Assembly (NCBI GenBank): GCA_015064245.1
Contig: SVSQ01000001.1
Span: 11,433-75,432 of the forward strand
Direction: 5' to 3'
Source: Oscillospiraceae bacterium
Lineage (GTDB): Bacteria > Bacillota > Clostridia > Oscillospirales > CAG-272
DNA: 64,000 nt
The notes under the pieces were generated by a model. It saw only the letters and a program-made list of their open reading frames with translations, did not search any database and was not told the DNA's origin. This document shows positions 35,351 to 45,900 of the stretch, one piece after another; positions within the stretch are counted from its first letter, which is position 1; each line of letters begins with the position of its first letter. The position numbers and the translations under genes are program-made.

Positions 35351-35790
35351 ATTATTCTTTATGTTTAATAGATGCCTATTTCTTTCCTTTTCTTTCTGAA
35401 GAAAAAGAAATGAAGTTTTGCATTCTTCGAATGCGGCGAAAGAAAGAAAAAGAAACAGGTGCGAACATACCGAGAAAAACGCTCGCATAACGCGGCTCGC
35501 GTTTTTGAGGGTGTAGAATATTGCTTGTGCGATCATTTCAATAAAAATGCTCGTAAAACACTCGCATTTTCGGGATATTTGGTGTAGATTTTGCCCTCTT
35601 CGTCACCTTCGGTGCCACCTCTCCCAGAGTGAGAGGCTCCGTTACGGATGTTTTGTGGGTGGAAAATGTACGCTCTGTTTTGAAAAGGATGAACCCCTTT
35701 TCGAAGAAAACATCCAAATATTCAATTACGCTGATGCCTTCATGGTATCGGCGTAATTGAAGTTTTTGCGCAGCTTTTTTCTAAAAAGCG
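35351..35790 (+). repeat. dispersed intergenic repeat, copy A (~440 bp, contains an internal ~65-bp duplication)
   Basis: It shares ordered blocks with copy B: attattctttatgtt, gtgcgaacat, aaaaatgctcg, tcgcattttcggg, ggtgtagattt, aatattcaa, ttgaagtttttgcg and agctttttt. Confidence 0.8.
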
Positions 35791-35810
35791 CGTTTTCCCC
35801 TTCAAAAAGC

Positions 35811-36653
35811 TCACTTCTTACCCTTAAGACGAGCGGCTTTGAGAGTGTTGGTGAGGAGCATAGCGATGGTCATAGGACCGACGCCTCCGGGAACGGGAGT
35901 GATCGCGCCCGCAACCTCGGAAACACCTGCGAAATCAACGTCACCGCAGAGCTTGCCGTTTTCGTCTCTGTCCATACCGACGTCGATGACGACAGCGCCG
36001 GGCTTGACGTAATCGGCGGTAATGAACTTGGCTTTGCCGATAGCCACGACGAGAATATCCGCCTGCAGACACTCCTTTTTAAGGTCAGAAGTGCGGGAAT
36101 GACAGATGGTAACGGTACCGTTCTTCTGGAGAAGAAGCATAGCCATAGGCTTGCCGACGATGTTGGAGCGTCCGATAACGACGCACTTTTTGCCCGAAAC
36201 GTCTATCCCCGTCTCGCTGATAAGTCTCATAACGCCGGCGGGAGTGCAGGGCAGGAAATCGTAATCGCCGATCATGATCTTACCCGTATTTACGGGATGG
36301 AAGGCATCAACGTCCTTATCGGCGCGGATAGCGTTGATAACAGCCTTCTCGTCGAGGTGCTTCGGAAGAGGAAGCTGACAGAGGATGCCGTCGATCTTGT
36401 CGCTCTCGTTCAGCTTTTCGATCAAAGCGAGAAGCTCTTCCTCGGTGGTCTGCTCGGGAAGACGGTGTACCTCGGAATAAAATCCAACCTCCTCGCAGCC
36501 CTTAGCCTTGTTTCTTACGTAGACCTGAGACGCGGGATCCTCGCCGACGATAATGACCGCCAGCCCCGGCTTGACCGCCATCTTCTCAACTTCTTCTTTT
36601 ATCTCGTTCCTTACCTTAGCGGATATCGCTTTTCCATCGATTATAGTTGCCAT
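35811..36653 (-). CDS. folD: bifunctional methylenetetrahydrofolate dehydrogenase/methenyl-THF cyclohydrolase
   Basis: The ORF is trimmed to [15 protein letters not shown] (ATG at 36653, RBS acggaga). It has [28 protein letters not shown] and [10 protein letters not shown]. Confidence 0.9.
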   Translation of the reverse strand: MATIIDGKAISAKVRNEIKEEVEKMAVKPGLAVIIVGEDPASQVYVRNKAKGCEEVGFYSEVHRLPEQTTEEELLALIEKLNESDKIDGILCQLPLPKHLDEKAVINAIRADKDVDAFHPVNTGKIMIGDYDFLPCTPAGVMRLISETGIDVSGKKCVVIGRSNIVGKPMAMLLLQKNGTVTICHSRTSDLKKECLQADILVVAIGKAKFITADYVKPGAVVIDVGMDRDENGKLCGDVDFAGVSEVAGAITPVPGGVGPMTIAMLLTNTLKAARLKGKK

Positions 36654-36707
36654 TTTTATGTTCTCCGTTTCTTTTTTTATCAAAATTTCGTGTTGCGGGT
36701 CACATCG

Positions 36708-37691
36708 TCACCCGTTGTTTTCGTCTTTTTTTGCGTCCTTTTCGCCGTCTGCGATCGGAACGTAATCATCGTCGCTCTCGGTATCCTCAACGCTCTCCTC
36801 CGTAACAGCGGTCTCGCCGAAGATCCTTGCGAAAAGTCCCTTCTCCTTCGGCTCGTCCTTGTATGAAGCGGAAGCGTAACGCTTACCCTTCTTCAAGAAA
36901 TATATCAGCGCCGCCGTGGAGATCAGGAAGGACAAGAGCCCTACCACCTGGGATATTCTGAAGGGACCGACGTACAGACTATCCGTCCTCAGCCCCTCGA
37001 TGAACATTCTGCCGAAGCCGTACCAAGCGAAATAGGTCAGGGTTATCTGCCCGTCAAACTTACGCTTGTTGTAGAAAATATTTATAAGTATGAATCCAAG
37101 CAGATTCCAAAGGGATTCGTAAAGGAAGGTGGGATGCACTGCGCCGATGTACTGCGAAACGCCGTTTTCATAGAGATGTGAAAGCTCCATTCTCAAAAAT
37201 GACGCCGTCTCTCCGCCGTGGGCTTCGCCGTTCATAAAGTTGCCCCATCTGCCGATAGCCTGAGCTATCATCACCGCAGGCGCAAGCATATCGCAAAAGC
37301 ACTGCGGACGTATCTTCTTCACAAGGCACACCGCAACAGCCGTCGCAGCGCCGAAGATTATACCGCCGTAAATGGCAAGTCCGCCCTCCCATATCGCGAA
37401 TATCTCGCCAAAGGAATAGTTATGCCCCGATGTCAGAACGTAATAGAGCCTTGCGCCGATAACGCCGAAAAGCACCACGAATATGGCGAAATCCAGCACG
37501 TCATCCGCGATTATGCCTTTATAGCGCCTTGTCCTGAACATAACGTACCCTACCGCGACCATCATTCCGATCGCGATTATGATACCGTACCACATTACGG
37601 GATGACCTCCGACGCTGAACGCCGCGCGGTCAACTATAAAACTATCTATCCCCAAACCGGGGAAACCGATTTCAACCGAGGTATATGTCAT
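36708..37691 (-). CDS. lgt: prolipoprotein diacylglyceryl transferase with acidic C-terminal tail
   Basis: The ORF is trimmed to the ATG at 37691 (RBS gagggagga). It has GARLYYV, WEGGLAIYGGII, IGRWGNFMNGEAHG and HPTFLYESLWN. Confidence 0.9.
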   Translation of the reverse strand: MTYTSVEIGFPGLGIDSFIVDRAAFSVGGHPVMWYGIIIAIGMMVAVGYVMFRTRRYKGIIADDVLDFAIFVVLFGVIGARLYYVLTSGHNYSFGEIFAIWEGGLAIYGGIIFGAATAVAVCLVKKIRPQCFCDMLAPAVMIAQAIGRWGNFMNGEAHGGETASFLRMELSHLYENGVSQYIGAVHPTFLYESLWNLLGFILINIFYNKRKFDGQITLTYFAWYGFGRMFIEGLRTDSLYVGPFRISQVVGLLSFLISTAALIYFLKKGKRYASASYKDEPKEKGLFARIFGETAVTEESVEDTESDDDYVPIADGEKDAKKDENNG

Positions 37692-37692
37692 A

Positions 37693-38988
37693 TCAAACCG
37701 TTCCTCCCTCATGATTTTTCGGATATATCACGCTGAGCGCGAAGCGTCTTTCGTCCAGGACTCTCTTCGCCATCTCGGATACCTGACCGTAGGTGACGGA
37801 AGCGTAGGACTCGGCTTTGTCAAGCCCCTTTTCGCCCACCAGAAAGCTCTCGAACATAGTCTCCGCTATATTCTCGGACGACTCAAAATTTCCAACACAT
37901 TCGCTGTAAAGAGCGCGTTTTGCAAGCTCCACAGCCTCCTCCGAGATGCCGTTTTTCAGCTTTTCTTCAAGGTACTGACAGAACTTGGCGTAGACGGCTT
38001 CAGGATCGTCCGAATGACCGCCTACAACGAAATAAGAGCACACGCGGCAAAAATCGTAATAGTTCGTATAGCCGGATACCATTCCGCTCTCGTAGACCTC
38101 TTGGTAGAAATCCTCGCACTCGCCGAAAAGGGATTCCCACAGAATGTCGCACACCGCTTCGTCCTCCGCCTTTGCCTCGGGAAACTTCACTCCGATGCGG
38201 AATATCGGTCTTGATACCTCAAATTCAGCCGTAATGCGCTTCTGATATACCTCGGCAGGCTCGTCTATCACCTCAAACGCGACCTCGCTCTGCGCCGTTT
38301 CGGGTATCATCTCGTCAACGATGTCCATGACCTTCTCCGCGTCGACCTTACCGCAAACGCACAGCGCCATATTATTCATTCTGTAAAATATGTTGTAACA
38401 ATGGTAAAGCAGCTCGGGGGTGATCTCGGCGATGGACTCTATCGTACCCGCGATAGGTATCCTGATGGGATTGGTCTCGTACATCGCCTTGAAAAGATTG
38501 AAAGTGATGACGCTTCCTGCTCTGTCCTCGCTCATTTTGATCTCCTGACCGATGATGCCCTGCTCCTTTGCGACGTTTTCGTCGGTAAAATGAGGAGTGA
38601 GCACCATATTTATCAGAACTCGGAGAGCCTCGTAAAAATTTTCCGTACAGGAAAAAAGGTACGCGGTCCTGTCAATGGACGTGTAAGCGTTGGCGTCCGC
38701 GCCGATAGCGGCGTACTCCTCGAAGGCGTCCGTCCCCTCAAGGCTCTCGAACATCTTATGCTCAAGAAAGTGAGCTATACCCGCGGGGACCGTGTATTCC
38801 TTGCCGTCCGCCGTGAATTTATTGTCGTAAGAGCCGTATCTCGTTCCGAAAATAGCGTAAAATCCCGAAAACTCCTTCTCGGTGATATAGACCTCAAGTC
38901 CGCTCTTGTGGACGTACTTGACGCATTTTTCGCCGATATAAGCGTTTTCAAGTATCTCTGTATTTCTCTTTTTCATTTCCGATCTCAT
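37693..38988 (-). CDS. M16-family (pitrilysin-like) zinc peptidase, catalytic subunit
   Basis: It has the inverted zinc motif GIAHFLEHKMFE (HxxEH). Length is 431 aa. It is paired with a second M16-like gene upstream. Confidence 0.8.
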   Translation of the reverse strand: MRSEMKKRNTEILENAYIGEKCVKYVHKSGLEVYITEKEFSGFYAIFGTRYGSYDNKFTADGKEYTVPAGIAHFLEHKMFESLEGTDAFEEYAAIGADANAYTSIDRTAYLFSCTENFYEALRVLINMVLTPHFTDENVAKEQGIIGQEIKMSEDRAGSVITFNLFKAMYETNPIRIPIAGTIESIAEITPELLYHCYNIFYRMNNMALCVCGKVDAEKVMDIVDEMIPETAQSEVAFEVIDEPAEVYQKRITAEFEVSRPIFRIGVKFPEAKAEDEAVCDILWESLFGECEDFYQEVYESGMVSGYTNYYDFCRVCSYFVVGGHSDDPEAVYAKFCQYLEEKLKNGISEEAVELAKRALYSECVGNFESSENIAETMFESFLVGEKGLDKAESYASVTYGQVSEMAKRVLDERRFALSVIYPKNHEGGTV

Positions 38989-39046
38989 ATTTATGACTAT
39001 CCCTTTCTTACACCCAAAAGCGTGTCTGAAAAAATGTTTTCAGACA

Positions 39047-40330
39047 TTATTTCTCCGTTCCGTGCAAGAAGTAGCTTACGTTGAGCCTGCAGCCTCTCGC
39101 AACTCTCGCGATATCCGCGGCGGTAACGGCGTTTACCGTTCTCTTGCATTTTTCAAGGTCGATATGACGGGCGTACACAGTTCTGTTGATGTACCACTCC
39201 GCAAGATTGCTTATATTATCCTCAAGCGAGGTGAGTGAGCCGCAGATATCCAGCTTTGCCGCCTCAAGCTCCTCCTCGGAAACGTTCTTTTCGTCACAGA
39301 GCAGACCGAGCTGACGCTCTATCTCCTCTATCGCCACCGATTTTTTGTCTATATCAAGCCCGCTTCGTACCGTCATAAGCCCCGTGACGGTGCTGGCAGA
39401 GGACATACAGTAATAGCAGAGCTGCAGACGCTCGCGGACGTTTGCAAAAAGTCTGCTTATAGGAGACGCTCCGAATATGTGATTGAACACCTCCACGCCG
39501 CTTAACTCGGGATCGTATCCGGGAATGGTGTAAGAAAGCACCATTCTTCCCTGCTTCGCGCTGATCTCCTCGTAGACCTCTCTGACCTGGTCGTATTTAC
39601 GGACGCCGATCTGCGGAGCTTTCAGCTCCATGGGCTCTTCTCTGTCGGGACAAAGTCTGTTTATAAAGGAGACCAGAGTATTTTCCACCTCTTCCGTCAC
39701 TCTGCCCGCGTACACCGCCTCAAGTCTGCTTTTTTTAAGTATCTCACCGAAAAGTGCGTAGATCGCCGTCGGCGTGACCGCGCTGATGCTGTCAATGGTT
39801 CCGTCCATATCGTGGCGCATAGGCGTACCCTCGTACACCACGGAAGCAAAACGCTTCAGAGCGTAAACGTCCTTATTGTTTATCTGCGCATTGATCTTGT
39901 CCGTTTGGAATTTCTTTTCCTGCTCCGTGTATTCTGCGGAAAGTCCGCCGTTTTCAACTATGGGACGGGAAAGAAGCTGGTAGAGCACCTCGGTCATCTC
40001 ACCGAGAATGTCCATCTTCTCTCCCTTGGGCAGAAAATGACCGTCCAGAAAGCCCGCGCATATCTTCAGCGAGAACTTATCTCCAAAGTCTCCCGCGGTA
40101 AAGCTTACGTTGGCGCCGTAAAGCATACCCAGCTTTTTATTTATGCTCTTGATGTCGGGGTACATTTCCGAGCCTCGCGCAAGAACTCTTGCGAGTATCA
40201 CCGCGGACGCGATATTCTCCTCCGTCTTAGGCAGAAGGAAATTCAGCGCCAAGTAGTTAAACTTGAACTTATCCGTACCGATAACGCCCAGGGTTTTGCC
40301 TTTGCCGATCTTCTTTACTTCTATGTTCAT
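39047..40330 (-). CDS. M16-family peptidase-like protein, non-catalytic partner (no HxxEH)
   Basis: Its 427-aa length and layout match its neighbour but it lacks the zinc motif. RBS is aaagga. Confidence 0.65.
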   Translation of the reverse strand: MNIEVKKIGKGKTLGVIGTDKFKFNYLALNFLLPKTEENIASAVILARVLARGSEMYPDIKSINKKLGMLYGANVSFTAGDFGDKFSLKICAGFLDGHFLPKGEKMDILGEMTEVLYQLLSRPIVENGGLSAEYTEQEKKFQTDKINAQINNKDVYALKRFASVVYEGTPMRHDMDGTIDSISAVTPTAIYALFGEILKKSRLEAVYAGRVTEEVENTLVSFINRLCPDREEPMELKAPQIGVRKYDQVREVYEEISAKQGRMVLSYTIPGYDPELSGVEVFNHIFGASPISRLFANVRERLQLCYYCMSSASTVTGLMTVRSGLDIDKKSVAIEEIERQLGLLCDEKNVSEEELEAAKLDICGSLTSLEDNISNLAEWYINRTVYARHIDLEKCKRTVNAVTAADIARVARGCRLNVSYFLHGTEK

Positions 40331-40554
40331 TACAAAATTATTCCTTTCAAAACAGACTTTTCCGTAACTGAAAAGCCTACTTTTCCTTATACATATTTAG
40401 TATATCATTATTTATATATAAATTCAAGTATTAACTGCAAATTTTTATTTAACTCCACTCGCTATATCATATTATTGATTTAACATATTGTTGTTTTACA
40501 GTACGGTGACCGCGGGCTTTTAATTTCAAATTTGATTAAGACGGATATTTTCAT

Positions 40555-40747
40555 AATATTTTCTTTTTTTATGTTACTTTCCGCTTCGCCTCCGCGCAAC
40601 ATTCAAACGCAAAGTGCGAACATAGAGGTCAATTCGCCGCTTCGCAACCGCGCTCCGCACCGTTTGCGGCGATTGGTTGAACATGTTTTCCCTTATTTGG
40701 AACATATTCCTACACCAAATCTCTGCGAAAATTTCGGGCTTTTTTTG
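40555..40747. repeat. dispersed intergenic repeat, partial/rearranged copy D
   Basis: It starts ttctttttttatgtt and contains gtgcgaacat in the plus orientation. Then comes the inverted core block ttggaacatattcctacaccaaatctctgcgaaaatttcgg, which matches copy C. Confidence 0.65.
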
Positions 40748-40750
40748 AAG

Positions 40751-40800
40751 AAAAACAAAAAAATCTCTTCCACCGATAGTTTTTGCTATCGGTGGAAGAG
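40751..40800 (-). terminator. rho-independent terminator of the 7-gene operon
   Basis: The minus strand has a 15-bp stem ctcttccaccgatag / ctatcggtggaagag with loop caaaaa, followed by atttttttgttttt. Confidence 0.85.
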
Positions 40801-40879
40801 AAGTTTTGCGGTTTACCGAAGGCATGCAGCTTGACGTAGGCATGCATGCTTTCCTTTCAAAAGCGACCGTACTTTCTTT

Positions 40880-41944
40880 TTAACCCGTAATACCGGAACG
40901 CTCAATTCCTTCAACGAGGTATCTCTGACAGAACAGATATACAACGATCAGGGGAGCGATGATCATAAGACCAACGGTGTTCTGGATAGCAGCGGAGTAA
41001 AGGTTACCACCTTCGTACTGCGTATCGAGAGAACGGGGAGACTGACCTACAAGGTGAGGAAGCAGGTACATCTTAGACTTGTTATAGAACAGTCCTGTAT
41101 AGAACTCGTCTGTCCACTGCCATGAGAATGCGAACAGGAATACTGTGATCATCATAGGAACGGAAAGAGGAAGAACGATAAAGACGAAAGTCTTGAATAT
41201 ACCGTAACCGTCGATATAGGAGGACTCTTCGAGCTCATCCGGTACACCCTTGAAGAACTGTCTCATCATGTAGATGTAAAGACCGTTCTTGAACGCAAGT
41301 CCGCCCAGTGAAAGGAGAACGAGAGGCCAGAGTGTATTGGAGAAGTCGAGGTATGCGTGCTTACCGGGGATAATATCAAGTCCGGGGAACACTCCGCCGC
41401 CGAGAAGGTTAATGATTCCGTAAACGTCGAAATACTTAAACTTCATGAACAGAGAAAGCTGAATGGTGGAGTGAGGAACGATCATCGTAAGAAGAACGCA
41501 AGCGAACAGCAGCTTGGAGCCGCGGAACTTAAACTTAGCGAATCCGTAACCGATGATACTGCAGATAAGTGTCTGAACTATTGCAGATACCAAGGAAAGC
41601 AGGAAGCTGTTAAAGAGAGCCTCGAAATAACGAAGGTCAACTATAATAGCCTTGTATGTATCCCAAGTAGGATATTTAGGAATAAGCTTTACCGTAACGT
41701 CAACGAAGTCCTCAGGGCTCATGAAGGAGGAGGTGATCTTCGAGAAGAAGGGGTAAAGAATAACGTAAGAAACACCGAGAAGAAGAAGGAAACGGAAGAA
41801 TCTCCACATAATGTTCGCAAAGTACGACACTCTGAGGTACTTCATCTTCATTCTTTCTTTTCTGGAGGTTCTCTCAAAGTCTACGACTATCTTGTTTTTG
41901 GACTCCTTGACAACCTTTGGAGCCTCATTTACCTGATTATCCAT
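40880..41944 (-). CDS. MalG-type carbohydrate ABC permease (pair 1), with ~60-aa N-terminal extension
   Basis: This is a 354-aa ORF with RBS gaggagg. It has six hydrophobic segments and an EAA-like region DELEESSYIDGYG. Confidence 0.75.
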   Translation of the reverse strand: MDNQVNEAPKVVKESKNKIVVDFERTSRKERMKMKYLRVSYFANIMWRFFRFLLLLGVSYVILYPFFSKITSSFMSPEDFVDVTVKLIPKYPTWDTYKAIIVDLRYFEALFNSFLLSLVSAIVQTLICSIIGYGFAKFKFRGSKLLFACVLLTMIVPHSTIQLSLFMKFKYFDVYGIINLLGGGVFPGLDIIPGKHAYLDFSNTLWPLVLLSLGGLAFKNGLYIYMMRQFFKGVPDELEESSYIDGYGIFKTFVFIVLPLSVPMMITVFLFAFSWQWTDEFYTGLFYNKSKMYLLPHLVGQSPRSLDTQYEGGNLYSAAIQNTVGLMIIAPLIVVYLFCQRYLVEGIERSGITG

Positions 41945-41962
41945 CTTTGAAAACCTCCTCTC

Positions 41963-42931
41963 TTAGTCTCTTCTCTGATAGAATACGAACGCCGACATTG
42001 CAACGACGACAACGAGAACTATCAGAATAATGATTGCAAAGTAGATCCAAGCCATCGCAGCGGAAAGAACGTTACCGCCCGCCTCATTATACTTGGCGGT
42101 GATGAACACCATTACGGAGTTATCAGCAGAAGTAAAGGAGTCGATGACCGTATAGATCGTAGCAACGAGGATCATGGGGCTGATCATAGGAAGTGTGATC
42201 TTCCAGAAAGTCTCCCAAGTCGTTGCTCCGTCGATGGAGCAAGACTCGTAGATAGCGGGAGAAATAGACTGGAGCGCTGCGAGAAGGATAAGCATCTGAA
42301 CACCGCAACGGTCGATGATGCTGGAGATTCGTCCAACAGCTCCGACAACGAAGTCCGTGATCTCAGTACCTATCTTCATGCTCTCGAACAGACGTGTAAG
42401 GTTTCCAACACCGAGGTTGAAGCCGCTGTCCAGCGCACCTGTCGTAATACCTGCATCCTGGTTCATCATGTAATCGTCGTACGCGGAGGATGCAGCTGCG
42501 ATAGATCCCATAAGACCTGTCGCGCAGATGACGGGAATGAAGAAGATCGCTCTGAACGCTGCGCGTCCGAGAACCTTCTGGTTAAGGATAACTGCGATAA
42601 ACAGTGAGAAGATTACTATCGAAGGAATATCGATAATAAGGTTTTTAATACCGCTTGTAAGCGTCTGAACGAACTTAGGGTCAACGAACAGCGCTTCCTG
42701 GTAGTTCTCAAGACCTACGAATTCTATAACGAATCCCTGTGTTTTATCAAAAGTCATCGATGAAAGAGAATACTTGAAGGAATCCACTATAACGGGGAAA
42801 TAGATGAGGATAAGTCCGATAACGAAGGGCATTACGAACAGCCATCCACCCATTGCCTTACGCTTATCAAGAGAGGCTGCTCTGCGTCGTCTCGGAGCTG
42901 CCGTCCTCGACATTGATATTTTTCTATCCAT
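41963..42931 (-). CDS. MalF-type sugar ABC permease (pair 1)
   Basis: This is a 322-aa ORF with RBS aaaggaga. The basic N-terminus is followed by WLFVMPFVIGLILIYFPV. The EAA-like region is YESCSIDGATTWETFWKITLP. Confidence 0.75.
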   Translation of the reverse strand: MDRKISMSRTAAPRRRRAASLDKRKAMGGWLFVMPFVIGLILIYFPVIVDSFKYSLSSMTFDKTQGFVIEFVGLENYQEALFVDPKFVQTLTSGIKNLIIDIPSIVIFSLFIAVILNQKVLGRAAFRAIFFIPVICATGLMGSIAAASSAYDDYMMNQDAGITTGALDSGFNLGVGNLTRLFESMKIGTEITDFVVGAVGRISSIIDRCGVQMLILLAALQSISPAIYESCSIDGATTWETFWKITLPMISPMILVATIYTVIDSFTSADNSVMVFITAKYNEAGGNVLSAAMAWIYFAIIILIVLVVVVAMSAFVFYQRRD

Positions 42932-42950
42932 TTATATATCCTCTCCTTTC

Positions 42951-45900
42951 TTATGCGTTAGCCTTGGAATCATAGAAATCCATAGGCTCTACACTAATGG
43001 TCTGACCGTTGATCTCAACGTCAACTACGAATGTGTTGTAGTTGAGGATGAACCAGTGGCCGTTTTCGTACTCAACGTACACAACGGAACCGTCTGTAAT
43101 AGTTCTGTCGATTCTTGCAGCTTCTTTTGCCTCGTACTCTTCGAGCTTGATCTTATCCTGTCTGTCCTGATAGATCTTTCTGCACGCTTCGAGCACTGCA
43201 AGGTTACCCTGCTCTACGATCGCCGCTACCTCTTCGGGAGCCATGAACACGTAAAGTGTCGCGCTGTTATCGTAGATGTTGTACTGCTGGAGATAGATGT
43301 CTCTCTCCTCGCCTGTGTACTGGTTGCAGATTCTGTTGTAGTCGTTGATTCTTGCAGTCCAGTAGTCGATGAGCTTCTGCTCAACCGCCATATCTGCCAT
43401 CCATGCGATCTTAGCGTCACCCTTCAAGCTTTCAAGCTCAGAGTCTGTAAACTTACGTGTACAGTCGATGAAGAGGTGGTTTTCGATGCGGGATGTCTGA
43501 ACGTCTGCAAGAGCGTTGTTAAGCTTGTCATAAAGACCTTCGGAAACAACGTTGCCAGCCTCGTCGTACTGTGTAAGGAGGTGCTCCTTCCAGATATCGT
43601 AGGAGATAGCGTAGTACTTGGAGAGCCTGGGATCTTCCTTAAGAAGCTCAACGTTCTGATATGAGAGCATCATATAGAGTGTTGCGCCGTTTTCAAGGAT
43701 CTTAAGTGTTTCGTACTTGATATCGCCCGCCATGTTTGTGGGAGAACCTGCAAATACGATGTAGCCGTGGTAAACAAGTCCGAAGAATGGAACCGTCTCG
43801 GATGTGTTAAGGAAACGGCTGGAGTCCAGAGGAGCGTTGAGAACTACGGATGCGTAAGGTACTGCGTAAGCGTTACCGCAGTCAACGAGTATCTTGCCGT
43901 AGCTTTCGTTTACTGTGAACTGCTTGAGCATTTCTTCAGTAAACACCTTAGCGTCCTCACGGTTGTAAGGAGCGTCCTCGTCGAAGTCGGAGTTGAGGTC
44001 GGATCCGAGAGAGGAAAGAGAAACGTTCGTTGTCTTTCCGTCAAGGAGCTTAGTCATGGACTTATTGAACTTCGCGAAGAAGTCTCTGTAAACGCAGGGG
44101 GAGATACAGATCTTACCTGTTGTGGTAAATGTCTGGAGGACCGCGTCGTACTCTCTCTTTGTGATGTAACGGTTGTCGATCGTCTTGACTGCGTCTCTGT
44201 CATAAGAGAAGCCGTCGAAGAGTGAAACTGCCGTCATATACGCAAATTCGAATTCGGGGTAAACGTCGATACCGTGAGTAGCGGCGTAATCAAGGAAATC
44301 AAGGAATCCGGAGTTACCGCCGGTAACCTTCTCGAACTTTACCTTGGTGGGCATGGTGGGAACCATACCTTCGTTGATAAAGCCTGTGAGCTTGAAGTTG
44401 ATATTTGTGATGGGGGACTTAGCTGTGCCCAGCTCGTCGACCATCGCCTTGAGGTTTTCGAAGGATGTAAGAGCCTTCTTAACGGTTACAGGGATACTGA
44501 GGACCGTCTCGTCTGTTTCTGTAAGACCGAATACCTCAACGAAGAGCGGAATGTCCTTCTTGGTCTCCTCGATCTTTGTGATCTTTCCGGAAGTTTCCAG
44601 ATAGTCACGGTAAGCCTTAGCCATACCTACGTACGTAGGCTCGTAGTATGTTCTGTCGGCTCTTCTGTCCTTGGTATTATCGGGGTCTGTGAGCATTATG
44701 TAGTTGATTCTGAAGGAACCTGTGTACTTACGCTCGGAAACGACCGTATACTTTGTATTGGAACCGATGGAGATAGCCTCTGCAAGGTTGTAGGAGTCCT
44801 TAGGTCTGGGGTTGAAGGAGCAGAATACGGAGTTGTAGAAATGCTCACCCTTGTTCTTTGCGTTGGAACCACCGTGAGAGGATGTGATGTTCGTAAGAGC
44901 GTCACCCTCTGTTACGATAGCAACGTAACCGGAATCGTACTTCTTGATCTTGTTAGAGGGGATAAGGGAGCCTTCCTGAGGTGTGTTTGTGGAAACTACA
45001 CCGAAGACAGGCATACGGTAGACCTCCTGGTTTGCGTTACCGATCTCCTGGTAAGCGTAGTCCTGACCGTAGACCTTACCGCTGAGGTCGAAGGTCTTGA
45101 ACGTATCCTCGAATCTGATCAGCGTACCGGAACCGTCGGGAATGAAGGTATAGCCGTTGTAATCGTTGATACCTGCGCCCATGTACTGAAGAACTTCAAT
45201 AGAAGAGAGCTGGTAAAGGGACTCATCGAAACGGAGACCGCTCGCGGGGAAACGAACCTGAACGCCGTTATCCGTAAGGTAGTACTCCAGCGCCATCTTG
45301 AAGTTAGCGGGAGCCTTATCCTTATTTGTGTAGCCTGTTTCTCTGTGGTCTTTGTCAAGCTCCTCGAAGGTGTACTTAGGACAATATGTCTTGATGTAAC
45401 CCTCAACGAGCTTGATCTCACGAGCCTTTGCGGACTCGTCGAAGACGTAGATAGGAGTTGTTCTTGTGATAGGATATGCTTCGTACATCTGTTCCTTGGA
45501 CTGATCTGCGACCTTCTCGGGATCCTTCAGAGTGTACCAAGCTGTAGTACGGATGTAAAGACGGTTTTCTACACCGCCGGGAAGATTTGCAAGGAGCTGA
45601 CCGATGATCATCTCTTCAAATCTTGCCTGTGTGATCTGTCTGGGAACAAGAGTTCTGGACTCTTCTTCACCGATGGAGTACTCAATACGCACACCGCCGC
45701 TCAGCTTCTTTACCTTGATCTGCTCAAGGAGAGCAGCGTCGGTGAAGGAGTTGTAATGCTTAACGACGTCGTTATCGAGATAGTAGATATAAACTTGGCT
45801 GAGAAGCTTTCTCTTGGTTACGGCAGCGATCTGGTTATCGGGGATCTCCGTGATATTGAAGGGGTTTGTGAAGAGGATGTCACCTGTTGTGATATCCTTT

